Source of the DNA: Acidobacteriaceae bacterium
Lineage (GTDB): Bacteria; Acidobacteriota; Terriglobia; Terriglobales; Acidobacteriaceae
Length of the DNA: 64,000 nt
Assembly: GCA_035273225.1 (NCBI GenBank)
Contig: DATEPN010000602.1
Span: 1,050 to 65,049, forward strand
Direction: 5' to 3'
The notes under the pieces were generated by a model. The model saw nothing but the letters and a program-made list of their open reading frames with translations. It made no database searches and was not told where the DNA came from. The number at the start of each line of letters is the position of its first letter. Within the stretch, counting starts at the first letter, position 1. This document shows, one piece after another, positions 16,855 to 25,046 of this stretch. A program made the position numbers and the translations under genes.

Positions 16855-16882
16855 TTCGGCCCGGGGAACGGGGCAGCGCAGC

Positions 16883-17221
16883 TTATTCGAGCGTGACCGA
16901 TTTCACCTTCAGCGTGTCGCCCTGGACATCGCCGCTTACGTTGACGCGGAGATGATCCTTCTTGTCCGACGACTTGAGCTGAGAGAGGATCTGCTCGTTG
17001 CCTGTTTTGTCGAAGCGAAGGTAGCGGTTGTCGCTGGTGATGATGCCGAAGCCGCTGCCGGCGCACTTGAGGGCGCATTCGCGCGTGTGGCTGTCCGGCG
17101 CACTGGCGGCGCGCTTCGAGCAGTTGGTGTCCACGACGGGGACATTGTTGAAGGTCTCAGCGCCGGCGAATACCGGAACCAGCAGTGTTGCTGATAACAA
17201 CGCAAAGGTCAGCTTTCGCAT
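16883..17221 (-). CDS. Small secreted Cys-containing hypothetical protein (112 aa)
   Basis: The signal peptide MRKLTFALLSATLLVPVFAGA is verified to start at ATG 17221. Three Cys in the mature part. The rest of the tracked 249-aa ORF overlaps DoxX in another frame. Confidence 0.5.
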   Translation of the reverse strand: MRKLTFALLSATLLVPVFAGAETFNNVPVVDTNCSKRAASAPDSHTRECALKCAGSGFGIITSDNRYLRFDKTGNEQILSQLKSSDKKDHLRVNVSGDVQGDTLKVKSVTLE

Positions 17222-17255
17222 TTTTCCTCCAGATGAATAGGGTGAATTGAGGCTG

Positions 17256-17690
17256 TTATGACGCGGCGACGCCCGGCTCGACTGCGGTGAGCCGCGCAGC
17301 GTGCGCGACCGAAGTCTCGCGCACAACCGTAAGCCGGTTGAGCGCGAAGGCCCCGATCGCAATTTCGACGTCGCGGACAGCGAGGTCGTAGAACATACCG
17401 GTGGTGAGCAGATTGAGGGCAATGCAGACCAGCCAGAGCCCGACGATGATGCTGGCAATCTTCGTCCAGCGCGTGAGGACGAGAATACCGGCAACGATCT
17501 CGATAACGCCGACGACATGCATGAAGGTCGCGGGGCTGACCGGGACAACTTTGGTCGCCAGCGGGCTGAGATACATGGTCCAGTCGGCGAGTTTGTTGAA
17601 GTACTTGTCAATTCCGGCAACGATTGGCCCAACGCCGAGGCCGATGCGCAGAGCCCACCATGCAGGGTTCAGGCGGCTGAAGTCCTCCAT
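17256..17690 (-). CDS. DoxX-family membrane protein
   Basis: 144 aa with 4 TM spans. Pattern ...GP...G.DK......W..Y........F.H.VG..E...G.L.L is typical of DoxX-like proteins. Confidence 0.65.
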   Translation of the reverse strand: MEDFSRLNPAWWALRIGLGVGPIVAGIDKYFNKLADWTMYLSPLATKVVPVSPATFMHVVGVIEIVAGILVLTRWTKIASIIVGLWLVCIALNLLTTGMFYDLAVRDVEIAIGAFALNRLTVVRETSVAHAARLTAVEPGVAAS

Positions 17691-17729
17691 TTCACTCCTC
17701 CTGCTGCAACAGAGTGGCGAGCGAGCGGA

Positions 17730-17778
17730 AGGTTACAGATTGAATTTCTGCGGCGCGTCGGGGCAAACGGTGTAACCT
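17730..17778. repeat. Inverted repeat AGGTTACA-N33-TGTAACCT in the DoxX/ECF-sigma divergent intergenic region
   Basis: Perfect 8-bp arms at 17730-17737 and 17771-17778. Function unknown (operator or 5'-UTR stem). Confidence 0.4.
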
Positions 17779-17812
17779 TTGCGCTGATCGCGACTCTTTT
17801 GGTCAGGCAGCT

Positions 17813-18475
17813 ATGGAAGTTCTGGAAATTGCAAGGGCCAGCGCGTGGACGGACGAACAGGTCATCGAACGCGTTCTGGCCGGCGAAACCGCGCTCTACG
17901 AGATCATCATGCGTCGCTATAACCAGCGCCTGTACCGGGTTGTGCGCGCGATTCTGCGCGACGACAACGAAGCGGAAGATGTGATCCAGGACGCGTACGT
18001 GCGGGCGTATCAAAGCCTGGCGCAGTTCGAGAACCGATCGGCGTTTTCTACGTGGCTGATCCGGATTGCGATGCATGAGGCGCTGGCGCGGGTGCGGCGG
18101 CGGAACCGGTTCTCCGTGCTGGACGAGGAAGACGACAGCGCGGAGGGGCGCGCGCCCTCGCGCGAGCCCGATCCGGAGCAGACGCTGTCGCAGTCCGAAC
18201 TGCGGCGGGTTCTGGAGGACAGCATTCTGCAACTGCCGACACGCTATCGGACGGTGGTCATGCTGCGGGACATCGAAGAAATGAGCACAGCAGAGACCGC
18301 TGCGGCCCTCGGCATCAGCGAACAAAACGTGAAAGTTCGATTGCACCGCGCCCATGTCCTGGCGCGCAAAATGCTGCTGTCGCGAGTGGGGGCATGCGCG
18401 AAAACGGCGTTCCCGTTTATGAATGCCCGGTGTGACCGGGTAGTCGCAGGCGTCTTTGCCCGAGTAGGCCTCTGA
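17813..18475 (+). CDS. ECF-type RNA polymerase sigma-70 factor with a short C-terminal extension
   Basis: Region 2 (RRYNQRLYRV....L.D...AEDV.QDAY..A) and region 4 (YR.V..LRD.E..S..E.A..LGIS...VKVRL.RA). About 30 extra C-terminal residues contain two Cys. Confidence 0.85.
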   Translation: MEVLEIARASAWTDEQVIERVLAGETALYEIIMRRYNQRLYRVVRAILRDDNEAEDVIQDAYVRAYQSLAQFENRSAFSTWLIRIAMHEALARVRRRNRFSVLDEEDDSAEGRAPSREPDPEQTLSQSELRRVLEDSILQLPTRYRTVVMLRDIEEMSTAETAAALGISEQNVKVRLHRAHVLARKMLLSRVGACAKTAFPFMNARCDRVVAGVFARVGL

Positions 18476-18494
18476 CGGGGTGAACTGCCTGCGC

Positions 18495-18523
18495 TGACAA
18501 AGCGATGACATTGTTGTGACAAC
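18495..18523 (+). promoter_or_regulatory. Phased direct repeats, site B (TGACAAA-gcga-TGACATT-gttg-TGACAAC)
   Basis: Three TGACA heptamers at exactly 11/11-bp spacing, 70-98 nt upstream of the TIGR03118 ATG (18593). Confidence 0.45.
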
Positions 18524-18592
18524 CGTGGAGCCTGCGGTTGGCTATCGTGCGTCAGAAATGGCCGGGCTCTGCGCCCGTCCGGAAGGACGCCT

Positions 18593-19699
18593 ATGCATCA
18601 ATGTTTTCTACGCCTCAGCCTGCGAGCGTGCGGCGCGCTCGTTGCGGCGACCTGCGCTCTCCCCGCGCTGGCGCAACATTACAAGCAGACCAACCTTGTC
18701 TCGGATCAGTCCGGGGTGGCCGCGATACAGGACATGAACCTTGTGAATCCCTGGGGGCTCTCGCGCAGCTCCGGCAGCCCCTGGTGGGCGTCCGACAACG
18801 GCACCGGCCTCGCCACGCTCTATGCCGGAACGGGGACGCCTGCCGCACTGGTCGTTACAGTTCCCACCGGAGATCCCAACGCCAGCAGCACCGGAACGCC
18901 AACCGGAACGGTTTTCAACGGCAGTACCGGATTCGCGCTCGCGCCGGGAAAACCCGCGTTATTCATGTTTGTCACTGAGGATGGAACCATATCGGGATGG
19001 AATCCAGGCGTGAAGCCAACCACCGCGGTCATCGAGGTGAATACGAAAAGTGCCTCAGTGTTTAAGGGCGCGGCGCTGGCGACCGTTAACTTCCCCAACG
19101 GAGAAAGCGCGACCTTCCTCTACGTCGCCGATTTTCGCAAGGGACGCATTCAGGTGTACGACTCATCCTTCCACCATGTCACTTTGATGGAGGAGATGTT
19201 CCGCGATGAGCGTGTACCTCACGGATTCGCGCCGTTCAACATTCAGAACATCGGCGGGGATCTCTACGTCACCTTCGCGAAGCAGGACGACCAGAAACAC
19301 GATGAGGTGGACGGGGCGGGACTGGGCTATGTCAACGTCTATTCGCCGCTGGGATTTTTCGAACGGCGTCTGCAGCATGGATGGTGGCTCAACGCGCCGT
19401 GGGCCGTGGCGATGGCGCCGGGAGATTTCGGTATCTACAGCCACGATCTGCTGGTGGGGAATTTCGGGTCGGGCATGATCGACGTCTTCGATCCGGTGAC
19501 CGGCGAGTTCAAGGGGATGCTGAACGATGCGTCGAATCACCCGATCACCCTCGACGGTTTGTGGGCGCTTTCGTTCGGCAGCGGCGGCACCTCGGGATCT
19601 GCGACGGCACTGTATTTCAACGCCGGCAGCGACGGCGAGCAGCATGGGCTCTTCGGCACCATCACCCCGGTAGAAAACACGCTGGGCAACTCCCGGTAG
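18593..19699 (+). CDS. TIGR03118-family secreted beta-propeller protein
   Basis: Signal peptide, then Y.QTNLVSD..G.A...D.NLVNPWG......SPWW.SDNGTG..TLY, which matches my recollection of the TIGR03118 N-terminus. Followed by a strong hairpin terminator. Confidence 0.7.
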   Translation: MHQCFLRLSLRACGALVAATCALPALAQHYKQTNLVSDQSGVAAIQDMNLVNPWGLSRSSGSPWWASDNGTGLATLYAGTGTPAALVVTVPTGDPNASSTGTPTGTVFNGSTGFALAPGKPALFMFVTEDGTISGWNPGVKPTTAVIEVNTKSASVFKGAALATVNFPNGESATFLYVADFRKGRIQVYDSSFHHVTLMEEMFRDERVPHGFAPFNIQNIGGDLYVTFAKQDDQKHDEVDGAGLGYVNVYSPLGFFERRLQHGWWLNAPWAVAMAPGDFGIYSHDLLVGNFGSGMIDVFDPVTGEFKGMLNDASNHPITLDGLWALSFGSGGTSGSATALYFNAGSDGEQHGLFGTITPVENTLGNSR

Positions 19700-19711
19700 C
19701 GCGGCAACGGT

Positions 19712-19737
19712 GAAGCGCAGTCGCCCGACTGCGCTTC
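19712..19737 (+). terminator. Intrinsic-terminator-like hairpin after the TIGR03118 gene
   Basis: Perfect 12-nt arms GAAGCGCAGTCG / CGACTGCGCTTC starting 13 nt after the stop, followed by the T/C-rich gcttcttcctc. Confidence 0.6.
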
Positions 19738-19841
19738 GCTTCTTCCTCAGGCGTGGTTTTGCCAGGCCAATCCACGCTTTGGTCTGCCGGATGCTCGCGT
19801 GAGCGTACCGACGAGGGCATCCGGACTTCTTCCTTCCGCGC

Positions 19842-19870
19842 CAACAGAATCCTGACAATCACCTGACGCA
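19842..19870 (+). promoter_or_regulatory. Phased direct repeats, site C (CAACAGA-atcc-TGACAAT-cacc-TGACGCA), more degenerate
   Basis: 11-bp phasing, 58-86 nt upstream of the preferred cupredoxin start (19928). This is the weakest of the six sites. Confidence 0.25.
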
Positions 19871-19927
19871 CCCATGACACCCGCCCTGGGGGGCGACGCT
19901 AGTCTGTGCTCAGTTATGCGGAGAATC

Positions 19928-20293
19928 ATGAGACTGAAACGTGCATTGATCGCTGGAAGTATGTTCCTGATTGCCGTTGCGCCTGTGGTGTGTCGTCCAT
20001 CGCCGGCCGAGGTGCAGCCTCAAAAGGTTGAAGTCATTGCGAAGCGATTTGGCTTTGAACCGGCAGAGATCACGCTGAAGAAAGGTCAGCCGGTGGAACT
20101 GGAGCTCAGGAGCGTCGACGTTTCGCATGGGGTCCGGTTTCGCGAACTGGGCGTGAACGTCAAGGCGAAACAAGGGCAGACGGGCGAGGTGCAGTTCACG
20201 CCCGAGAAGACCGGGACTTTTGTAGGCCACTGCGATGTGTTCTGCGGTTCGGGGCACGGATCAATGAAGCTCACTGTTCACGTGGTGCAGTAG
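19928..20293 (+). CDS. Stand-alone CuA-type cupredoxin domain protein
   Basis: Exact CuA ligand spacing H-x34-C-x3-C-x3-H-x2-M (SHGV...GHCDVFCGSGHGSM). N-terminal signal/anchor. Start chosen at ATG 19928 (GGAGA 3 nt upstream); the ORF opens at 19874. Confidence 0.7.
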   Translation: MRLKRALIAGSMFLIAVAPVVCRPSPAEVQPQKVEVIAKRFGFEPAEITLKKGQPVELELRSVDVSHGVRFRELGVNVKAKQGQTGEVQFTPEKTGTFVGHCDVFCGSGHGSMKLTVHVVQ

Positions 20294-20295
20294 GG

Positions 20296-20775
20296 ATGCG
20301 GAGCATGCGCGTGGTGCGACAAACGGCGATCGCCACGATGTTAGTCAGCGTAAGCGGCTGCAAGGCGACCGCTCCGACGCCGCTCGAGACCCGCATCGTC
20401 ACGGTGGCGAAGCACGACGTTTTCGTCGGAGGCAAGAAGCAGAAGAATCCGTTGCCGGCGACGCCCGATGTGATTGCGGAAGGCAAAGACGCGTTCTCGC
20501 ATTACTGCGTTGCCTGCCACGGCATGGATGGACAGAACACAGGCGTGCCGTTTCTGGAGCATATGTCGCCGCCGGTGCCATCGCTGGCCTCACGCGAAGT
20601 GCAGAGCTACACCGACGGGCAGCTGAAGTGGGTGATCGAGAACGGCATCTGGCCGTCGGGCATGCCTGGTTCGAAAGGCACGCTCAGTGACGAGGAGATG
20701 TGGTCGATCGTGGTGTTCATCCGCCATCTGCCGCCGGCGGGAAGCCTGGGCGAGCCACCGATGTACAGCCAGTGA
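20296..20775 (+). CDS. Lipoprotein c-type cytochrome (mono-haem)
   Basis: Lipobox VSGC, CVACHG, distal GMPG. 2-nt gap after the cupredoxin gene. Confidence 0.8.
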   Translation: MRSMRVVRQTAIATMLVSVSGCKATAPTPLETRIVTVAKHDVFVGGKKQKNPLPATPDVIAEGKDAFSHYCVACHGMDGQNTGVPFLEHMSPPVPSLASREVQSYTDGQLKWVIENGIWPSGMPGSKGTLSDEEMWSIVVFIRHLPPAGSLGEPPMYSQ

Positions 20776-20782
20776 GAGGGCC

Positions 20783-23767
20783 ATGAGGCAACGGGACGAA
20801 AACTCGGAACTGCGGCGGAGTCCATGGGCGCTGCGGCTGCTCTCCGCCGGTGTGGTGGCCATGACTCTGTTCGGTGCGGCGCCGCTGAGCTTGCACGCGC
20901 AGGAAAACAGCATCGCCGCACCTCCTGCTTTGCAGACGGGCCCGGACGGGCTGGGTGCGCTCGATTCATCCGGATCGCGAGCAGGGCAGGCCAATGATGC
21001 CAGGGTCTTTGAGGGCTCGGCATCGGCGACGGACAGCGCAATCCAGCCGCTCACCGCGGCGCAGATCTTTGCCATCCTCGAGCAAAACCCGGAGGCGGTG
21101 ATCGAGGTGAAGTCGCTGTTGGCCGATAAGCTGGCGCAGCAGGGAATTCCTCTGGCCCCGGATGCGATCACCGACGACGTTCTGTATTCGCAGATCGGTC
21201 AGAACCGCGATGTGCGTGCTTCAATCACTCTGTTTTTGCGAGCGCGCGGGTATCTGACCGCGGCAGCGCTGCAGGCGCCTTCGTCCGGCGCCGCAGCGAT
21301 GGATGCGACGACCTCGATGATGCAGATGTCGTCGCTCTCCTCTCCGGACGAAAGCAGCCTCACGTCTCCCTTTGCAGGCAATTCCGGAGCAAGCCCGTAC
21401 GGGCCGGGAGCGTCGCCTTCCATGAACCGGGCAGCGGCGTCCCCCTCCACGACCGCAGCGCGGCAGGCCGGCATAACCGACCCGCCTGCCGTGTTGCGTG
21501 TTCCCACGCCCTACAACCTGCTTTCGCTGCGCGATCTGTACACGCAGGTGCCGGCCTCGACGGAGCATCTGAAACGCTTTGGATCCGACGTGTTTGTTGA
21601 TCGCAGCTTCGGCGCCGGCAGCAGGCTGGGAGCGGTTGGCGCCGCACCTGCGCTCGATGTCCCCGCAGGGCCGGATTACGTGGTGGGGCCGGGAGATGCG
21701 CTGATCGTGAACATGTGGGGCGGCGTTTCGCAGAGCCTGACGCGGGTCATCGACCGCGACGGCAAAGTGATGCTGCCTGAAGCAGGCGACGTGCATGTGG
21801 CCGGTATGCCGATGGAGCAGGCGCAGGCGGCCATCACGCATGCCCTGCAGCAGCAGTTTCGGAATGTGCAGGTCTCCGTCAGCCTGGCGCGGCTGCGCAG
21901 CATTCGGGTGTATGTGGTGGGCGACGTGCAGCGGCCTGGAGCGTACGACATCAGCTCGCTTTCGTCTCCGCTGAGCGCGCTGTATGCGGCGGGAGGGCCA
22001 ACGGCGACGGGGTCGCTCCGCACGCTGCGGCATTATCGCGGTCGGGAGCTCGTGGGCGAGGTGGATCTCTACGATTTTCTGCTGCATGGAATCCGCAGCG
22101 GCGACGATCGGCTGCAGGGCGGGGACACGCTGCTGGTGCCTCCGGCGGGAGCGCAGGTTGCGGTTGCCGGGGCAGTACGGCGTCCGGCGATTTACGAGCT
22201 GAAGGATGAGAAAACCCTGAGCCAGGTGCTCGGGGATGCCGGCGGAACAACGGTCGATGCCGCGCTGGGCCACATCACGGTGGAGCGCATTGACGCCCAT
22301 CAGCATCGCGAGACGACGACGCTGGACCTCGACCCTCCGGGCGATCCGCCGAATGATCCGCCGGGCGATCCGGTGGTCGCACACGCGGACCTGACACACT
22401 TCACGGTGCAGGATGGCGATCGCATCGAGGTCGCGCCCATCGTGCCGTGGAGCGAGCGCGTTGTGTATCTGGAAGGGCACGTGGTGCGGCCTGGGCGCAC
22501 CGCATTTCACGACGGGATGCACCTCAGCGACGTGCTGCACAGCTATCGGGACCTGCTGCCCGAGCCGGCCGACCGCGCCGAGATTGTGCGGCTGGTACCG
22601 CCGGATCTGCATCCGGAGGCGATCGAATTCGAGGTGCCGGATGCGCTGGTTGGGAACGAGAATCCCACGCTGCAGCCCTTCGACACCGTACGCATCTTCG
22701 GACGGTACGAAACGGATGCGCCGCAGGTGACAGTGAACGGGGAGGTGCTGCACCCCGGCGCGTATCCGCTGGGGGCCGGGATGACGGCTGCCGATCTGGT
22801 GCGCATGGCCGGCGGTTTTCGTCGGGATGCGGACCTGAATGATGCGGATCTGATGAGTTACCACGTTGAGAACGGAAAGCAGATCGCAGGATTGCGAGCG
22901 AGCATCCGGATTGGCGACGCGGTCACGAAGCGAGACCGCAACAGTGATGTTGCTCTGCATGCGGGTGATGTGCTGACGATTCACCAGATCACGGGCTGGG
23001 CGGATATCGGCGCGACGATCACGATCGAAGGCGAGGTTGGACATCCGGGGGTTTACGGATTTCGCGAGGGCGAACATCTGAGCGACTTGCTGCGGCGCGC
23101 GGGCGGATTGCGCGACACTGCGTATCCGGAGGGGGCGGTCCTGACCCGCGAAGAGGTACGCACGCTGGAGGAAAAGAGCCGCGCAGAGCTGATCCGGCAA
23201 ATCGAGACCAGTTCGGCAGCGGCGCGGCTGTCGCCGAGTGTGGGCGGCAAGGACGCGTCAGGAACACTGCAGCTGATTCAGGCACAGGAGACTCAGGTGC
23301 TCTCGGATTTGCGCAGCGAGCCGCCGAACGGCAGGATGGTCATCCACATCGGCGCCGATATCGCGAGCTGGGCCGGCACACCGGCGGACATCGAGGTGCG
23401 CAAAGGCGACGTGCTGCGGATCCCGAAGCGTCCCGGTTTCGTGCTGGTCAGCGGACAGGTTTACAACGCTTCGGCGATTACGTTTACGCCGGGCAAGTCC
23501 GCCGGATGGTATTTGACGCGCGCGGGCGGAGCGACCTCGGCGGCGAATCGCAGGGAGATTTTCATCATTCGCGCGAATGGGTCGGTGGTTGGGCGGGGCG
23601 GCGAGGCGTGGTATGGGCGCGGCGTGCTCGCCACGCAGCTGTATCCGGGGGACGTGATCGTGGTACCGCAAAAGATTATCGGCGCGTCGCTGTTCTGGCG
23701 CAATTTGCTTTCCGGCGCGCAAGTCGCGTCCTCCATTGCGGTCGCGGCCGCGGTGGCCACTCTGTAG
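20783..23767 (+). CDS. Polysaccharide export protein (Wza/KpsD-like, Poly_export plus multiple SLBB domains)
   Basis: Signal peptide from ATG 20783. An Ala/Ser/Pro-rich linker, then Y.VGPGD.L.V..WG and about 5 repeated SLBB-like units (V.V.G.V..PG.Y). Confidence 0.85.
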   Translation: MRQRDENSELRRSPWALRLLSAGVVAMTLFGAAPLSLHAQENSIAAPPALQTGPDGLGALDSSGSRAGQANDARVFEGSASATDSAIQPLTAAQIFAILEQNPEAVIEVKSLLADKLAQQGIPLAPDAITDDVLYSQIGQNRDVRASITLFLRARGYLTAAALQAPSSGAAAMDATTSMMQMSSLSSPDESSLTSPFAGNSGASPYGPGASPSMNRAAASPSTTAARQAGITDPPAVLRVPTPYNLLSLRDLYTQVPASTEHLKRFGSDVFVDRSFGAGSRLGAVGAAPALDVPAGPDYVVGPGDALIVNMWGGVSQSLTRVIDRDGKVMLPEAGDVHVAGMPMEQAQAAITHALQQQFRNVQVSVSLARLRSIRVYVVGDVQRPGAYDISSLSSPLSALYAAGGPTATGSLRTLRHYRGRELVGEVDLYDFLLHGIRSGDDRLQGGDTLLVPPAGAQVAVAGAVRRPAIYELKDEKTLSQVLGDAGGTTVDAALGHITVERIDAHQHRETTTLDLDPPGDPPNDPPGDPVVAHADLTHFTVQDGDRIEVAPIVPWSERVVYLEGHVVRPGRTAFHDGMHLSDVLHSYRDLLPEPADRAEIVRLVPPDLHPEAIEFEVPDALVGNENPTLQPFDTVRIFGRYETDAPQVTVNGEVLHPGAYPLGAGMTAADLVRMAGGFRRDADLNDADLMSYHVENGKQIAGLRASIRIGDAVTKRDRNSDVALHAGDVLTIHQITGWADIGATITIEGEVGHPGVYGFREGEHLSDLLRRAGGLRDTAYPEGAVLTREEVRTLEEKSRAELIRQIETSSAAARLSPSVGGKDASGTLQLIQAQETQVLSDLRSEPPNGRMVIHIGADIASWAGTPADIEVRKGDVLRIPKRPGFVLVSGQVYNASAITFTPGKSAGWYLTRAGGATSAANRREIFIIRANGSVVGRGGEAWYGRGVLATQLYPGDVIVVPQKIIGASLFWRNLLSGAQVASSIAVAAAVATL

Positions 23768-23774
23768 GTGAGCG

Positions 23775-25046
23775 ATGGCAACGCAGGTGCTCGAAGGAAA
23801 TCCCGCTGCAACCGCAGAGCCGCGCGCGGCGAACTGGGTAGGCAACGCCGAGGTTCTGTGGGCGGGGCGCAGGATGCTGCTGCGGGCCGCGCTGCTGGGG
23901 CTGCTTGCGGGGCTGGCGATTGCCTTTCTCATCCCGAAGCGATACACGTCGACCGCGCGCATTATGCCGCCGGACAATTCGGGATCGAGCATGGCGATGC
24001 TGGCGGCACTGACCGGGCACAACCTGGGCGACCTGGGAGCGCTGGGCAGTTTGGCGGGCGGACTGCTCGGCGGCCGAACCAGCAGCGCGCTTTTTGTCGA
24101 TCTGCTGCGCAGCGGCAACGTTAGTGGTGCGCTGATCGATCGTTTTCACCTGCAACAGGCCTGGCACAAGCGGTATCGGGTAGACACCGCGAAATACCTG
24201 GCCCACCACACCAGCATCGTGGACGACAAGCGGAGCGGGGTGATCACGATTGAAGTGCAGGATGGCGATCCGGCGCGCGCGCGCGATCTGGCGCAGGGAT
24301 ACCTGGACGAACTGAACCGGGTGGTGATGCAGACCAGCACTTCGTCGGCGCACCAGCAGCGCGTGTTCTTCGAGCGGCGGCTCGCTTCGGTTCAAAAGGA
24401 GCTGGAGCAGGCACAGCTCGCGCTCAGCGATTTCTCCGGCAAGCACTCGATGGTGGATGTAACGGAGCAGGCGCGCGCGATGGTCGACGCAGCGGCCCGT
24501 CTGCAGGCGCAGCAGATCGCCGGCCAGTCGGAGGTCGATTCGCTGCGGCAGATCTATGGAGACAGCAATGTGCGGGTGCGCGCGGCGCAGGCACGGGTGT
24601 CCGAACTCGGCCATCAGCTGCAGCGGATGAGCGGAAGCGCATCGGCTGGCTGGCAGACGAGCGACAGCCCGGACGCGTTGTATCCGCCGCTGCGGCAGCT
24701 TCCACGGCTCGGGGTCATGTATGTGGACCTGTATCGCCGCGTGCGTGTCGAGGAGCAGGTTTTCGAACTGCTGACGCAGCAGGACGAGATGGCGCGCATC
24801 GCCGAGGTACGCGACGTTCCGGTGATCAGCGTCATCGATGTACCGGGGATTCCTGAGAAGAAGTCGTTTCCGCCGCGACTGCTCGTGGCCTTGCTGATCC
24901 TGCTGCTGAGCGTCGGCTGCACCGCAGCGGCGCTGCTCGTGCGTGATCGCTGGAACCGGCTCACGGCTGCCGATCCGCGCAGACTGCTGGCGGAGGAAGT
25001 CGCACAGGCGATGCAGAGCAGGGTCCGCCAGTGGAGGAAGCACTGA
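23775..25046 (+). CDS. Wzz/GumC-type polysaccharide co-polymerase (chain-length determinant) with no tyrosine-kinase domain
   Basis: N-terminal TM plus Wzz motif (IPKRYTSTARIMPPD), a long coiled-coil periplasmic region and a C-terminal TM. It ends at 423 aa with no Walker A/B or Tyr cluster. Confidence 0.8.
   Translation: MATQVLEGNPAATAEPRAANWVGNAEVLWAGRRMLLRAALLGLLAGLAIAFLIPKRYTSTARIMPPDNSGSSMAMLAALTGHNLGDLGALGSLAGGLLGGRTSSALFVDLLRSGNVSGALIDRFHLQQAWHKRYRVDTAKYLAHHTSIVDDKRSGVITIEVQDGDPARARDLAQGYLDELNRVVMQTSTSSAHQQRVFFERRLASVQKELEQAQLALSDFSGKHSMVDVTEQARAMVDAAARLQAQQIAGQSEVDSLRQIYGDSNVRVRAAQARVSELGHQLQRMSGSASAGWQTSDSPDALYPPLRQLPRLGVMYVDLYRRVRVEEQVFELLTQQDEMARIAEVRDVPVISVIDVPGIPEKKSFPPRLLVALLILLLSVGCTAAALLVRDRWNRLTAADPRRLLAEEVAQAMQSRVRQWRKH

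Noticed and set aside
17780-18497. The shared 8-mer TGCGCTGA in the promoters of the ECF sigma gene (17780-17787) and TIGR03118 (18490-18497).
   Set aside because: A single GC-rich 8-mer shared by two roughly 120-bp regions is expected fairly often by chance, and its distance to flanking elements differs between the two.
18481-18506. ECF-type promoter TGAAC-N17-CGAT upstream of TIGR03118.
   Set aside because: The spacing is plausible, but the -10 element overlaps repeat site B, and I found no matching element upstream of the sigma gene itself. I cannot distinguish it from chance without a known consensus for this ECF group.
19928-20775. A fragment of a cytochrome c oxidase operon (subunit II plus cytochrome c).
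   Set aside because: There are no subunit I/III/IV or assembly genes. The cupredoxin lacks the two N-terminal TM helices of CoxB. The downstream genes are EPS export genes.
20687-20782. N-terminal extension of the Wza-like ORF overlapping the cytochrome c gene. Similar extensions occur on the 26041, 51101, 60047 and 62073 ORFs.
   Set aside because: In each case an internal ATG begins a proper signal peptide or conserved N-terminus and sits right at the upstream stop. The extensions overlap real genes.
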